Made by a program: the position numbers and the translations under genes. From contig NIVC01001660.1 in the NCBI GenBank assembly GCA_002269645.1, positions 124,001 to 188,000 on the forward strand: a stretch of DNA of 64,000 nucleotides. Direction: 5' to 3'. This DNA is from Macrostomum lignano. Lineage: Eukaryota. The notes beneath the pieces are model-generated. The model made no database searches, was not told where the DNA came from, and was given only the letters and a program-made list of their open reading frames with translations. Below, one piece after another: positions 12,706 through 23,560 of the stretch; position 1 is the first letter of the stretch, and every line of letters starts with the position of its first letter.

Positions 12706-13414
12706 CTTTTCAATTGGCGAACATGATTTGTGGCCCTTATAATTCAATGCTTACAGCAAGTTGGTTAGAGTAAAAAGTTATGACATAATCAATTTCTTAG
12801 TCAGCCAGTATCAGTGTCAATTTAAGTTAGCAATATTGTTACGCAATTTCAATCAAGTTGTGTGTGCATTTCTTTGGCACTGTTTTCAACTTGTTGTGAT
12901 GCAATCTTTATCAGAATTGAAATTCAGTCAGTCAGTTTTTTCTCTAGCATTCTTACAATGCATTTCAGATCGAAAGAGCCGCTTGACCTTTGCAAAAAAG
13001 CCTGTTTTTCGAATATTTAATCCCTTTAATATTGAGCAATTTCTTAGCCAAGATGCATGTACCGTCCCAGGAAAATTTCTGATCGAATGGTGCAAGTTTG
13101 AAGAAAATCGGTTGAGCCATTTTTTCTGAAATCTATCGCATACCTACCCACATACATACAGACAACTCATTTTTAGTATATAGGACTAGCAATCTACGCC
13201 CCCCGTTGGGGAGCCAAAGAAATGCAATACACGTTTTTTTTAATAAGCTACATATATATCCTTGAAATCTTAAAAAATCTCCTGTCAAACCTTGTAAGCC
13301 TTGACATGTCAATAATTCCCCCCCACAAGCTTTAACATATCAACTTCCCCCCTTGACATCTCAGCAATGCCCCCAATAAGCCTTGGAAATCTAAAAATAT
13401 CTGTCAACCTTCTA

Positions 13415-13473
13415 ACTCTAACCCTAGCCGAACCCTAACCCTAACCCTAACCCTAACCCTAACCTAACCCTAA
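13415..13473. repeat. Telomere-like (CCCTAA)n tract inside Helitron C
   Basis: AACCCTAACCCTAACCCTAACCCTAACCCTAACC; degenerate second copy at about 13850-13900. Confidence 0.75.
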
Positions 13474-14279
13474 AGCATTGAAATTTCAGTAATTCTCTCT
13501 AAGAGTCATAATAGCACTACTACAGCATTATAGCGATTCCCTGCAAGCCTCGACATCGTAGGGATTCCCAAATGAATATCTTAACTTCGACATGAAGCTT
13601 CTTTTATTTTTTACATTACGTTTTTTTATCAGCGATCCCTCCCCTGAGGAGGCATCAAATAATGTAATAAAAAGTTTTCAATAAACTACATGTAGCTTCT
13701 GACTTTAGCCTTGAAATCTCATTTATACCCCCGTGAGCCTTGACATCTCAGCTATTCCCCCGTAAGCCTTAACATGTCAGCGATGGCCCCATAAACCTTG
13801 AAATCTAAAAAATCCCCTGTTATTCTGTTAACCTTGAAACCTGATAAAATATAACCCTCAACCCACACCTGACCTAAACCTAACTTTAACCCAACCTAAA
13901 GCCTTGAAATCTCAGCAATTCTTCTCCCCTAAGCCTTGACATTTTAGTGATTCCTTCTTTAAGAATCAAGCACTATAACGATTTCCACCAAGCTTTGACA
14001 TCGTAGCAATTCCCAAATTAATCTTTTAACTTGAACATGACTTTTCTTTTATGTATACGTAGTGCTACTTTTATTTTTTACATGACTCTTCTTCTATCAG
14101 CGCCCCCCGTGGCGAGCCAACAAAGAATGCAATAAAAAATGAGTAAAGTACATGAACTTTGAAGTAGCTTCTGACTTTTACTTTGACATCTCAGAAACCC
14201 CCCCCGTAATCTCAGTTATTCTCTGAGAGCCTTTATGTCTCAGTTTTTTCTCCCCAGCACAGCATTATAGCTGCATTTA

Positions 14280-15665
14280 ATTTTTACATGACACCCTTCA
14301 TGTCTGACATGACGCTTCTTTTATTCTACCATGATGCTTCTTAATTTTTTAAATGACACTTTCATTAGTTTTTAAATGAGGCTTCTATGATTTTTTCACG
14401 ACGCTTCTATGATTTTTACATGACACTTCTATGATTTTTTACATGACGCTTCTATGATTTTTACATGACGCTTCTATGATTGTTTACATGACGCTTCTAT
14501 GATTTTTAAATGACGCTTCTATGATTTTTTACATGACCCTTCTATGATTGTTTACATGACGCTTCTATGATTGTTTACATGACGCTTCTATGATTGTTTA
14601 CATGACGCTTCTATGATTTTAAATGACGCTTCTATGATTTTTTACATGACGCTTCTATGATTGTTTACATGACGCTTCTATAATTTTTAAATGACGCTTC
14701 TACAATTTTTTACATGACACTTGAATGATTGTTAACATGACGCTTCTATGATTTTTTGCATGACGCTTCTATGATTTTTATATGACGCTTCTACGATTTT
14801 TTACATGGCGCTTCTATGATTGTTTACATGACGCTTCTACGATTGTTTACATGACGCTTCTATGATTGTTTACATGACGCTTTTATGATTGTTTACATGA
14901 CGCTTTTATGATTTTTTACATGACGCTTCTATGATTTTTTTACATGACGCTTCTATGATTTTTTACATGACGCTTCTATGATTGTTTACATGACGCTTTT
15001 ATGATTGTTTACATGACGCTTCTACAATTTTTTACATGACGCTTCTATGATTGTTTACATGACGCTTCTATGATTGTTTACATGACGCTTCTATGATTGT
15101 TTACATGACGCTTCTATGATTTTTTACATGACACTTCTATGATTGTTTACATGACGCTTCTATGATTGTTTACATGACGCTTTTATGATTTTTTACATGA
15201 CGCTTCTATGATTTTTTTACATGACGCTTCTATGATTTTTTACATGACGCTTCTATAATTGTTTACATGACGCTTCAATGATTGTTTACATGACGCTTCT
15301 ATGATTGTTTACATGACGCTTCTATGATTGTTTACATGACGCTTCTATGATTGTTTACATGACGCTTCTATGATTGTTTACATGACGCTTTTATGATTGT
15401 TTACATGACGCTTCTATGATTTTTTTACATGACGCTTTTATGATTTTTTACATGACGCTTCTATGATTTTCACATGACGCTTCTATGATTTTTTAAATGA
15501 CGCTTCAATGATTTTTATATGACGCTTCTACGATTCTTTACATGACGCTTCTATGATTGTTTACATGACGCTTCTATGATTTTTTACATGACACTTCTAT
15601 GATTGTTTACATGACGCTTCTATGATTGTTTACATGACGCTTCTATGATTTTTACATGACGCTTC
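14280..15665. repeat. 23-bp minisatellite (CATGACGCTTCTATGATTGTTTA), about 60 copies, inside Helitron C
   Basis: Directly visible. Confidence 0.95.
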
Positions 15666-15724
15666 TTTTTAAAAAGTCTTAGTTTTCCTGACGTTGAAAA
15701 GCTTTAATTAAAAAAATTATACTC

Positions 15725-15790
15725 TATGAAAATTCGAACCATCGTCTTTGCATTTAGCAGTTCAGTTTGTTCACCTCTAGGCTAGCTCTC
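15725..15790 (-). promoter_or_regulatory. tRNA-like / Pol III box module in Helitron C
   Basis: Minus strand TAGCCTAGAGG (A-box-like) ... AACTGCTAAAT ... GGTTCGAAT (B-box-like). Confidence 0.5.
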
Positions 15791-16273
15791 ATCGTTTTGA
15801 TAACATCAAATTTTGCACTTATATAATTCAACACTTTAAAATCCAAGCATAGAGTAAATCACACGAAGCAGTTATGACATAATCAATATCCAGTCAGTCA
15901 GTATCAGTTAACAATATGGTTACGCAATTTAAATCAAGTCTGGTGCTACGCTTCCACACTGCATTTTCAATTCAAGTCGGAGTTACAATTCAGTTATGAT
16001 GCAATCTATTTCAGAATCAGAATTCAACCAGTCAGTTTGTTCTCTAGCATTCTTACAATGCATTTCAAGTCGAAAAGTTTGCTTGACCTTTGCAAAAAAG
16101 CATGTTTTTCGAATATTTAATGCCTTTAGCATCGAGCAATTTCTTAGCCACGATGCATGTACAGTCACGGGAAAATTTCTGATCGAACAGTGCAAGTTCG
16201 AACAAAATCGGTCCAGCCATTTTTTCTCTAATCGATCACATAGACACAGACAGACCATTTTTAGTATATAGGA

Positions 16274-17183
16274 TGAAGTCTATAATGTCACGCGTTTTAA
16301 ACTCAGCAACAACCCAATCCCAAAAAGCTGGACACCATTTGTACACTGTTAGACTGTCAGTGTGTACAGCAAGCCTAAATTCTCTCCAATACCCGCCTGC
16401 TAATTGGTCAGGACTTTTTTATTATTCAATACTCTCTCTCAAACACCTAACTCTAACTCTCCTATGTGAAAGGATTCAGATAAATTTTCTGAACTGGAGG
16501 CGCAAGCCTCAGTAGCCAATGTACATCTATCTCTGTGGCACTTTTGGACTTTTTTATAATCAGACGGTTTTATTACATTTTGGAGGGTCAGTCTCAACAT
16601 GGTTCGTATATTGTGAATCAATTAGATACTGTATATATGTGCATGTATTTCACTCTCTCACTATCCCTCTCTCCAGCATTTAAAGTTAGTATGTCAATTG
16701 TGCACGGGGACATTTTATAATGTACAATCTTTTCTCGCAGTCTACATTTATAGTTCTCTAGCCTGGCGACAAAAAATACTACTTTACTGGGCGCTGCAAA
16801 GTTCAATTCCAATAAGAATGGCTCACAGTAGGAAGTTCTGCTTGACCCTTGCAGAAAGTGTTTTCAACACTGTGACGCAATTCAAGGCGGAGATACAATT
16901 CAGCTGTTATGCAATCTTTATCACAATCAGAATTCAGTCAGTCAGTTTTTTCTCTAGCATTTTTACAATGCATTTCAGGTCGAAAGAGCTGCTTGACCTT
17001 TGCAAAAAAGCATGTTTTTCGAATATTTAATACCTTTAACATTGAGCAATTTCTTAGCCAAGATGCATGTACCGTCCCAGGAAAATTTCTGATCGAATGG
17101 TGCAAGTTTGAAGAAAATCGATTGAGCCAATTTTTCTGAAATCTATCGCATACCCACAGACAACTCATTTTTAGTATATAGGA
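16274..17183 (-). mobile_element. 910-bp copy of the Helitron A 5' end (= 8941-9850), forming composite element 13186-17183 with C
   Basis: Five ORFs have identical translations at a constant 7333-bp offset; both ends match; terminates in TCCTATATAC at 17183. Confidence 0.9.
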
Positions 17184-17731
17184 AGGAAGGAAGGAAGGAA
17201 GGAAGGATTCATTCAAACATACAAACCTTAGAGATTTAGTATATTTAGATTATGGACATTCAAGCATACAAACAAATATTAGAGATTTAGTATATTTAGA
17301 TTGCTTTGGGCAAATTAATTTAATTGTTACGAGTATTTAAAGCCAGGTGAAAATTCTGTTGTTTGGGGGTCCTCCGAAATGTCAATCATTGAAGAAGTTT
17401 TTTAAAATATTCCTTGAGATTGAAAAGCAATTTAATTACACTGCCGCCGCAGCCTTTGGGGAGACGGACAATTTTGCTTCTGGAATAAAAAAAGTTTCAG
17501 CAAAAAGCATTCGACTGATTCTTTTCAATAGCGATAGAAGAAAAGACAATGGAAAATCAGAGTCTCAATTAAGAAGAATTGAATCTTTCATTTCGTTTTC
17601 AATTTAGGCGATTGATTGCATAAGCTTTATTGGAAAAGCAGAAGCCACGCAACTAATTAAAGTTCAAGCCAAATGTTTTTTCAGTTTCCCAAGGCTAATT
17701 CGGCGGCTGCATAGGCGACTCGCTTCAACGA

Positions 17732-18517
17732 TCAACGTGAAAACTTCTGCCAGTTGGCGTCGGTCTCGATGGAAGCCTCGACGGCGGCGTCTCCGTGCAG
17801 AATCTGGCGGCAGGCGAGGCTGGCCCTGTTGAACAGGATGGACTTGCACACCGGGTTGACGGCGCACAGGGACACGCAGTGAAGACGGTTTCTGACAGTC
17901 AGCTCCTCGCCACGGCAGTAGAACGGAGCGGTCTCGGGAGGCTGCTGGGTGGGAAGGCCGATCTTAAAAAAGACGCTGACAGGCTTGCTGTAGGCCTGCG
18001 ACCCGGGCTCGCAGATGAAGCCGTAGCGGTTACTGCAGACAGCGTCCAGCACTGTTAACGGTGAATTTCCAAAGTCGCTGTACAGTTGAAGGCAGTCATC
18101 AGATTGTTTAGAGCCATCTGGTCTGTTCGGGTACCAAATCGAGTCGATGAAGCTGTTGACCGGAAGTTCTCCATCATCAGTGCTAAGCCAGCCTCTGCGA
18201 CTTCTATTGGCCTCCTTGAGCATGTCGGTGAATCCCAGGAAGTAACGTTCCGTGTTTGAAGCTGGCGGAAGCAGAGGCTGCAACGCGACAAGGGTGCTCA
18301 CTGTGCTCAGCAGGCGGCCGCCGATGGAATTACAAAAGGCCTGAGCTTCGCACCAGTTGAAATTAATTCCACCGGTCCCCAGTTGCAACGGTCTCACATG
18401 GAGGCAGAACCCGTGCTGGAAGGAAAAATTGTCCGGACAACCCCCAGAGGCGGGGCCCAAACAGCTCAGCATGCAGATCGCGAGAAAATACAGACAAGAC
18501 ACTGTTGCTCTCGGCAT
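17732..18517 (-). CDS. Secreted C-type lectin domain + PAN/apple domain protein, 261 aa, intronless
   Basis: Signal peptide; CPxxF..GFC, W.EAQ.FC..IGG.L, FLG, W...RPD, DC, C...FICE (CTLD); C-terminal C...HCVSLC..NP.CKS..FN....C (PAN/apple). Confidence 0.85.
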   Translation of the reverse strand: MPRATVSCLYFLAICMLSCLGPASGGCPDNFSFQHGFCLHVRPLQLGTGGINFNWCEAQAFCNSIGGRLLSTVSTLVALQPLLPPASNTERYFLGFTDMLKEANRSRRGWLSTDDGELPVNSFIDSIWYPNRPDGSKQSDDCLQLYSDFGNSPLTVLDAVCSNRYGFICEPGSQAYSKPVSVFFKIGLPTQQPPETAPFYCRGEELTVRNRLHCVSLCAVNPVCKSILFNRASLACRQILHGDAAVEASIETDANWQKFSR

Positions 18518-19031
18518 GGCTCTGTTCGAAAACGGCGCTTGAAAAAATTACTACCGGCTTTGCTGAGTCCAGTGTAGCTTTTAATAATTCTACAGCTCCG
18601 TCCCACGGATCTCTGTCGTTCCGTTGCTGATAGCGACGTCTTTTATAGGTTTTCAAAAGCAATGAAAATGTGGGCCAGATTCCCTAATTGGACAGCAAAT
18701 CTGTTTGTTCTAGCTAGTTGAGCTAAGGTTGTAGGTTGGGGAAGTTAAGGTTGTTAGTGAGGTGTGCGTCGATATGTACGTCGGTTGCGTTGGATGAATT
18801 AGGGGTGGCGAAAAAGGATGAAGTCTGAATTTTGTTTTCCAGTCCGTTTTCAGTCTTTTGTGCACTACAAGCTCTCTCCAAACCCCCCGATCGTCAAGTA
18901 TCTTGGGTTGGTCGTTCGTTGTTGGGTGCACAGAAATTTCTGTGGGGTGGGCCCGGCCGTCTCTTCCTAAGGCTAGGGTTTCGCTGATCTTGCCCGACCC
19001 GCTATTGTGTAACGAGTGCTGTATCTTTACT

Positions 19032-20384
19032 GGGTCTACGACGTTTGCCTGCGGGACGTTTGCCAGCCGACGTTTGCCAGCCGACGTTTGCCAGCCGACA
19101 TTTGCCAGCCGACATTTGCCAGCCGACGTTTGCCAGTGGGACGTTTGCCAGTCGGACGTTTGCCTGCTGGACGTTTGCCTGCTGGACGTTTGCCAGCCGA
19201 CGTTTGCCTGCCGGAAGTTTGCCAGCCAAAATTTGCTAGCCAATATAAAGCCAGTCAGTGAAAAATTTGATACTGAAACATTCGCAGTTTAGCGGTTTGA
19301 CAAAAACCATTTTTACTCCAACTTTTTGACGGTTATTCGCATATATACAAGTTTGAAAGCAAAAGCTATAAATTATGAAATTTATGCAAAATCTATATAA
19401 ATTATGCAATTTATATAGATTTACATCTAATATCCAGTTTAACAACGATTTTCTTTGAATGTGAAAATATTGTTTACTTTTGACAATTGTGTATCGTTTT
19501 TCCCAGTTTGAGATGTTTGATTTTTGATGTGCGAAAGAAGACGCGCAGATTACAACGGGAATCTCCAGCGATTAAGTTATGAGGCAAACAAAAAGAGCTG
19601 CTGAGCGGTAATTCTGGCTCATATATTTCTCAGTTCATTGGGAGATCCAAAAGTAAGCAAATTGATTCCAATGCTGTTGTATTACTACTCAAGTAAGCAA
19701 GGAAACCGCGATCTCAACGTACATGTGTAGACGAGTCGAATGCGGTACGTTTTTATAGTAAGCTATATAGCTGAATAGCCAGACAAGTCGCCAGTAGCAA
19801 GCTAGTAGAATAGCAAGCGCTAGACACTACGTATGCAAAGCATAGTCACGCCAAGGAATACTAAAGTAGAAGTACGCAGCACTCGAAATCTATGAAAAAT
19901 GTTTTGAAGGCCATAGGGAGATAGGAAGTTTTCATCTTTTCAGCACAACAATTGTTATTGCTTTCATACGAGGCAAACCCAATGCTCATCTTTTGATATG
20001 TTGTGCCAAAATCGTTGGTAAAATAGATATTAGACGTTAGACTGATGAACTGCATAATTTATAGCTTTTGCTTTCAAACTTGTATACATGCGAATAACCG
20101 TCAAAAAGTTGGAGTAAAAATGGTTTTTGTCAAACCGCTAAACTGCGAATGTTTCAGTATCAAATTTTTCACTGACTGGCTTTATATTGGCTAGCAAATT
20201 TTGGCTGGCAAACTTCCGGCAGGCAAACGTCGGCTGGCAAACGTCCCGCAGGCAAACGTCCGGCAGGCAAACTTCGGCTGGCAAACGTCCCGCTGGCAAA
20301 CGTCGGCTGGCAAACGTCCCACTGGCAAACGTCGGCTGGCAAACGTCGGCTGGCAAACGTCCCGCAGGCAAACGTCGCTATCCC
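19032..20384. mobile_element. Foldback/MITE-like element with about 330-bp inverted arms carrying a 14-bp terminal minisatellite (CGACGTTTGCCAGC)
   Basis: 19039-19377 is the reverse complement of 20053-20377 apart from repeat copy number; about 675-bp non-coding spacer; no TSD found. Confidence 0.8.
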
Positions 20385-20574
20385 ATCATTACTTAGCGAA
20401 TATGCATGTGATGGCTAGAGTGCAGTACTAATAATAGTAGTCAGTAAAGTTCATGTACGCTCGTAGGTAATATAGAGCTATCTGCGCCTTGTTTTTTTTC
20501 ACCAGGATCCACTGATCCGCGATTGTCGTGATGGTTCTAAAGCTCTTCTAAAGCCTTTTAACAGCTAGGATGGT

Positions 20575-21560
20575 GTTATCGCCGCCGTGGTTTCAGCTGG
20601 TGCATTATGGCAATTGTACTGTGATACGAAAGCTGCTGTTTCAACACTGGACTCGCAGCTATTGAACTTCTTCGAGACATAATCTGGTGGGGTGCTCCAG
20701 GGAGATATGCTGATCGCGCCGTTCCTCTTCGTTCTGGTGCGACTGGGTGCTGCGAATCGCTCTTACTACTACTAACGACGAGGCTTTCTGCTGCGGCGAC
20801 GTGTGGGTCGACGTTAACCCGAGAGGCAGCTCAACGTGCTCGGCTATGCCGACGATCTCGCTTTGCTGTCAACTATCGAGGGTATCTACAACGACAACTG
20901 GACAAGCTGGTTGCTGTTGCGGCGACTATCGGCCTGGTGATCAACACACAGAAGACCGTCGTACTCTGTGCGCCAGACGACATCGAGGCCGAAATTTTGT
21001 GCAGAGGCGCAGCTGAGCTGATGGGCAGGTTGTCAGCAGTTCATCTGCCTCAGCAGTCTGGTTCTCGGCGTCCGCGAGGATCTGCAGCGTAGCAGCGGAT
21101 GCCTTTCGTTCTGTGAGGACAGACCTATACTTGACCGCCAAATGGTGTCGTTGTTCCAGGCGGTGGTCGAGACTGTCCTGCTGTGCAACGCTGAGATCTG
21201 GACGCTGACGGACTTCGAGCAAAAAGTAGACGTGGCAGACGCTGGCCTGTTGCGCGCCGCCTTCAAGATCGGGTGAGGAGCAAGTTTCTAACGCGGCATT
21301 GTATCGCCTCCACAGCCTTGTCCGACGTCCGAGCGACCTGTTGCACCCGTCGGAGACACCCCAGCTGAAAGGCTAACAAGCCGAGTCGTGCCGCCCACAG
21401 CAAGTGAAGGTGCTGCCGTTGACGCTACAGACAAGCGCACTCGGCGTTTCGTCGGCTGCCTGCTATAGCGATGTTGGCGCCCCGGAGTCGGTCGGTCGCG
21501 TGACCTTCGTTCGCCGCCTGGCCCAGAGGCGCGGTCTTCTGCATAAAGACTATCACTGAC
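20575..21560 (+). mobile_element. Decayed 5'-truncated RTE-type LINE fragment (RT C-half and 3' end)
   Basis: GVLQGD and LGYADDLALL coding segments; colinear with the copy at 53050-53760 + 55810-56060; many frameshifts. Confidence 0.8.
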
Positions 21561-22930
21561 AGCGCGTTTTGTTGTTATGGTTGTTGTAAAGCATTTGATC
21601 ATAGTTGCTTCTCAGGCCTCATAGTGCAGAAACTGCAGATCGGTTATAGCGTTCTAGCTGCCCCCTCCCACTTCTGTCAGATGGTCGGCTCCAAGGTAGC
21701 ATCGGTGTGGCGACCATGCAGCCAGGTTTTACAGCTAAGAGAATCAGGCATCGAGAGACAATCGGGGGGGGGGAGAGAATTTGAAAAGATACAAATCAGC
21801 TAATCTAGAGATTAATTAAGCTAATCCTCCGCTACCAAACCAGCTTGATCTCTCGAAATCGGGTTTCCGAATAGAAGGGCTCTGAACTGACTGTTAGCTG
21901 TCTGAATGTCTTTTAGCTGTCAATCTCAAAGTTACAGCCGATAAAAGGGACACTTCTGAAAACAAGATACAAATAGTAAAAATTATATTCGATTTTCTAC
22001 TAAAGCAACAGATTTCTCGATCAATATTAAATGAAAGATTAATTCTGATGCAGCGGCTATGATTCAGAAACCTTAGCTAATAATGAAGTAGATCATGAAG
22101 CAGCACCTAGTGTAAACAAAAAATCATAATAACAAATTTTGTCAGGACAAAAAACAAATTGTTCCTTCTATTGTGGCTCAAAGTTTCAGATAGCACGACA
22201 AAAGCAATGCCAAAATATGTTCAGCTTCAAAACAACTTTTATTAGAAATTAATAAATAGAAAACAGTATTGCTAACGTTGCTTTTTAAATGGGCAAATTA
22301 AGTAAAAAATCATAACTATAAAATATGCCACTATTGTGTTGTTGCATATATGTTTAGGTAATAAATATCTTATAGTATAATATAACGCAATCGAGTCAAA
22401 GTTTCTGAGATTCCAATGAGAGGCGCATGCATAATAGTTAATGTACACTAAACAGAAAAAGCAATTAGCAAAAAAACCGATTTTAAAAATTATTGCAGCA
22501 ATGAGAATTTTCGGGAAGAAAACAGTAAACTGTAAAAAAGGTTACAATGGATGACTTTGTAAAGTGCTTTACACTGGCCATATAATACCCGGGTCAGTAG
22601 TCAATTAAAAAGCTGCTATGTGTTAAAACTTTTCACCAGCTATGCAGGATCGACCTTGCTGCAGCCGAAAAAAATGCTTACAGGTGGCGACCATTGGGTG
22701 TAGTATTCAGACTCCCAAGACTAATCTCAAGGTGAGACGCTTTTACTCAAAGCAGGAGCTCGTTGATGCTCTTGTGGAATACCAGGTGCGTTCAACTTCA
22801 AGTGAGACAGCTTTTATATCCATAGCAACTCCCAACCGATTTTCCTGAGTGATGCTTCATTTAAAAGCTCAACTTGTGTTCTAAACAATGTTCTAAACAA
22901 TAAAAATTCAGCTTTGGCTACACAACGTAA

Positions 22931-23240
22931 GGGATTGTAGCCTAGTGGTTAGAGCGTGGGACTCACGATTTGAAGGTCGAGGGTTCGATTCCCGATCCCA
23001 CTGGAACAATTTGTGTCCTTGGGAAAGCATTGCATTGCATTTTTTCAGTTCACCCAGCTGTAAAATGGGTGCCTGCATTAGCTGGGGTACATGTAATTGA
23101 GGGTGTGTGTGACGACCCCCCAGTCCATGGACTGATCAGCCGTACGCAGCCTTCAGATGCGCCGCGCAATGGCTGCGGCTGAGCTGTCGGTTGCAAATCT
23201 GGACCAATTGGAGCAGGTGTAATCAATTATTATCAATCAG
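22931..23240 (+). mobile_element. tRNA-derived SINE with CORE-like central domain
   Basis: A box TAGCCTAGTGG, B box GGTTCGATTCC; TGTGTCCTTGGGAAAG...TCAGTT...CTGTAAAATGGG resembles the MIR CORE; two more copies in the window. Confidence 0.85.
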
Positions 23241-23560
23241 TTATTTGTCTCCCAAGCTTGATAAAGTACAAAGTGTACCCCGACCAAAAAACTTAATTCT
23301 TAAAACTTAAAACAAAGTTTCCAATTCGATTAATAAAAGTACATTTTTACGGTAGCATAAAATACGAACTTGACTGGATTAATATACGCATTATTAGCAT
23401 ATTGCAAAAATGTTATAATTACAATTATTCAATGGCCTAAAAATTGTAAATAAAATATCTTGACTTTTTGAACACCAAAAACCGGCAATAAAAAAAGTTT
23501 GTTAATGAAAAATTAACATTCTGAGCTCTAGCTTTAAGGTGCTACTGACGGGGCCCATTG

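Larger units (their letters stand above)
9851..13185 (-). mobile_element. Helitron B, non-autonomous relative of A, 3.3 kb
   Basis: 3' CTAG at 9854-9851 with the same hairpin (9865-9877); 5' TCCTATATACTAAAA at 13185; about 0.3 kb of 5' and 0.45 kb of 3' sequence homologous to A; no coding exons. Confidence 0.88.
13186..16273 (-). mobile_element. Helitron C, non-autonomous, more diverged, 3.1 kb
   Basis: 3' CTAG 13189-13186 with CCCC-AAC-GGGG hairpin; 5' TCCTATATACTAAAA at 16273 preceded by A (canonical A|TC); 5' about 0.3 kb homologous to A and B. Confidence 0.85.

Noticed and set aside
13415-13473. True telomere or healed chromosome break
   Set aside because: Short, internal to a Helitron and duplicated with the element's 3' module
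22931-23002. tRNA gene call (also at 28203 and 30441)
   Set aside because: No proper acceptor stem or T-run terminator; followed by a shared SINE body in all three copies
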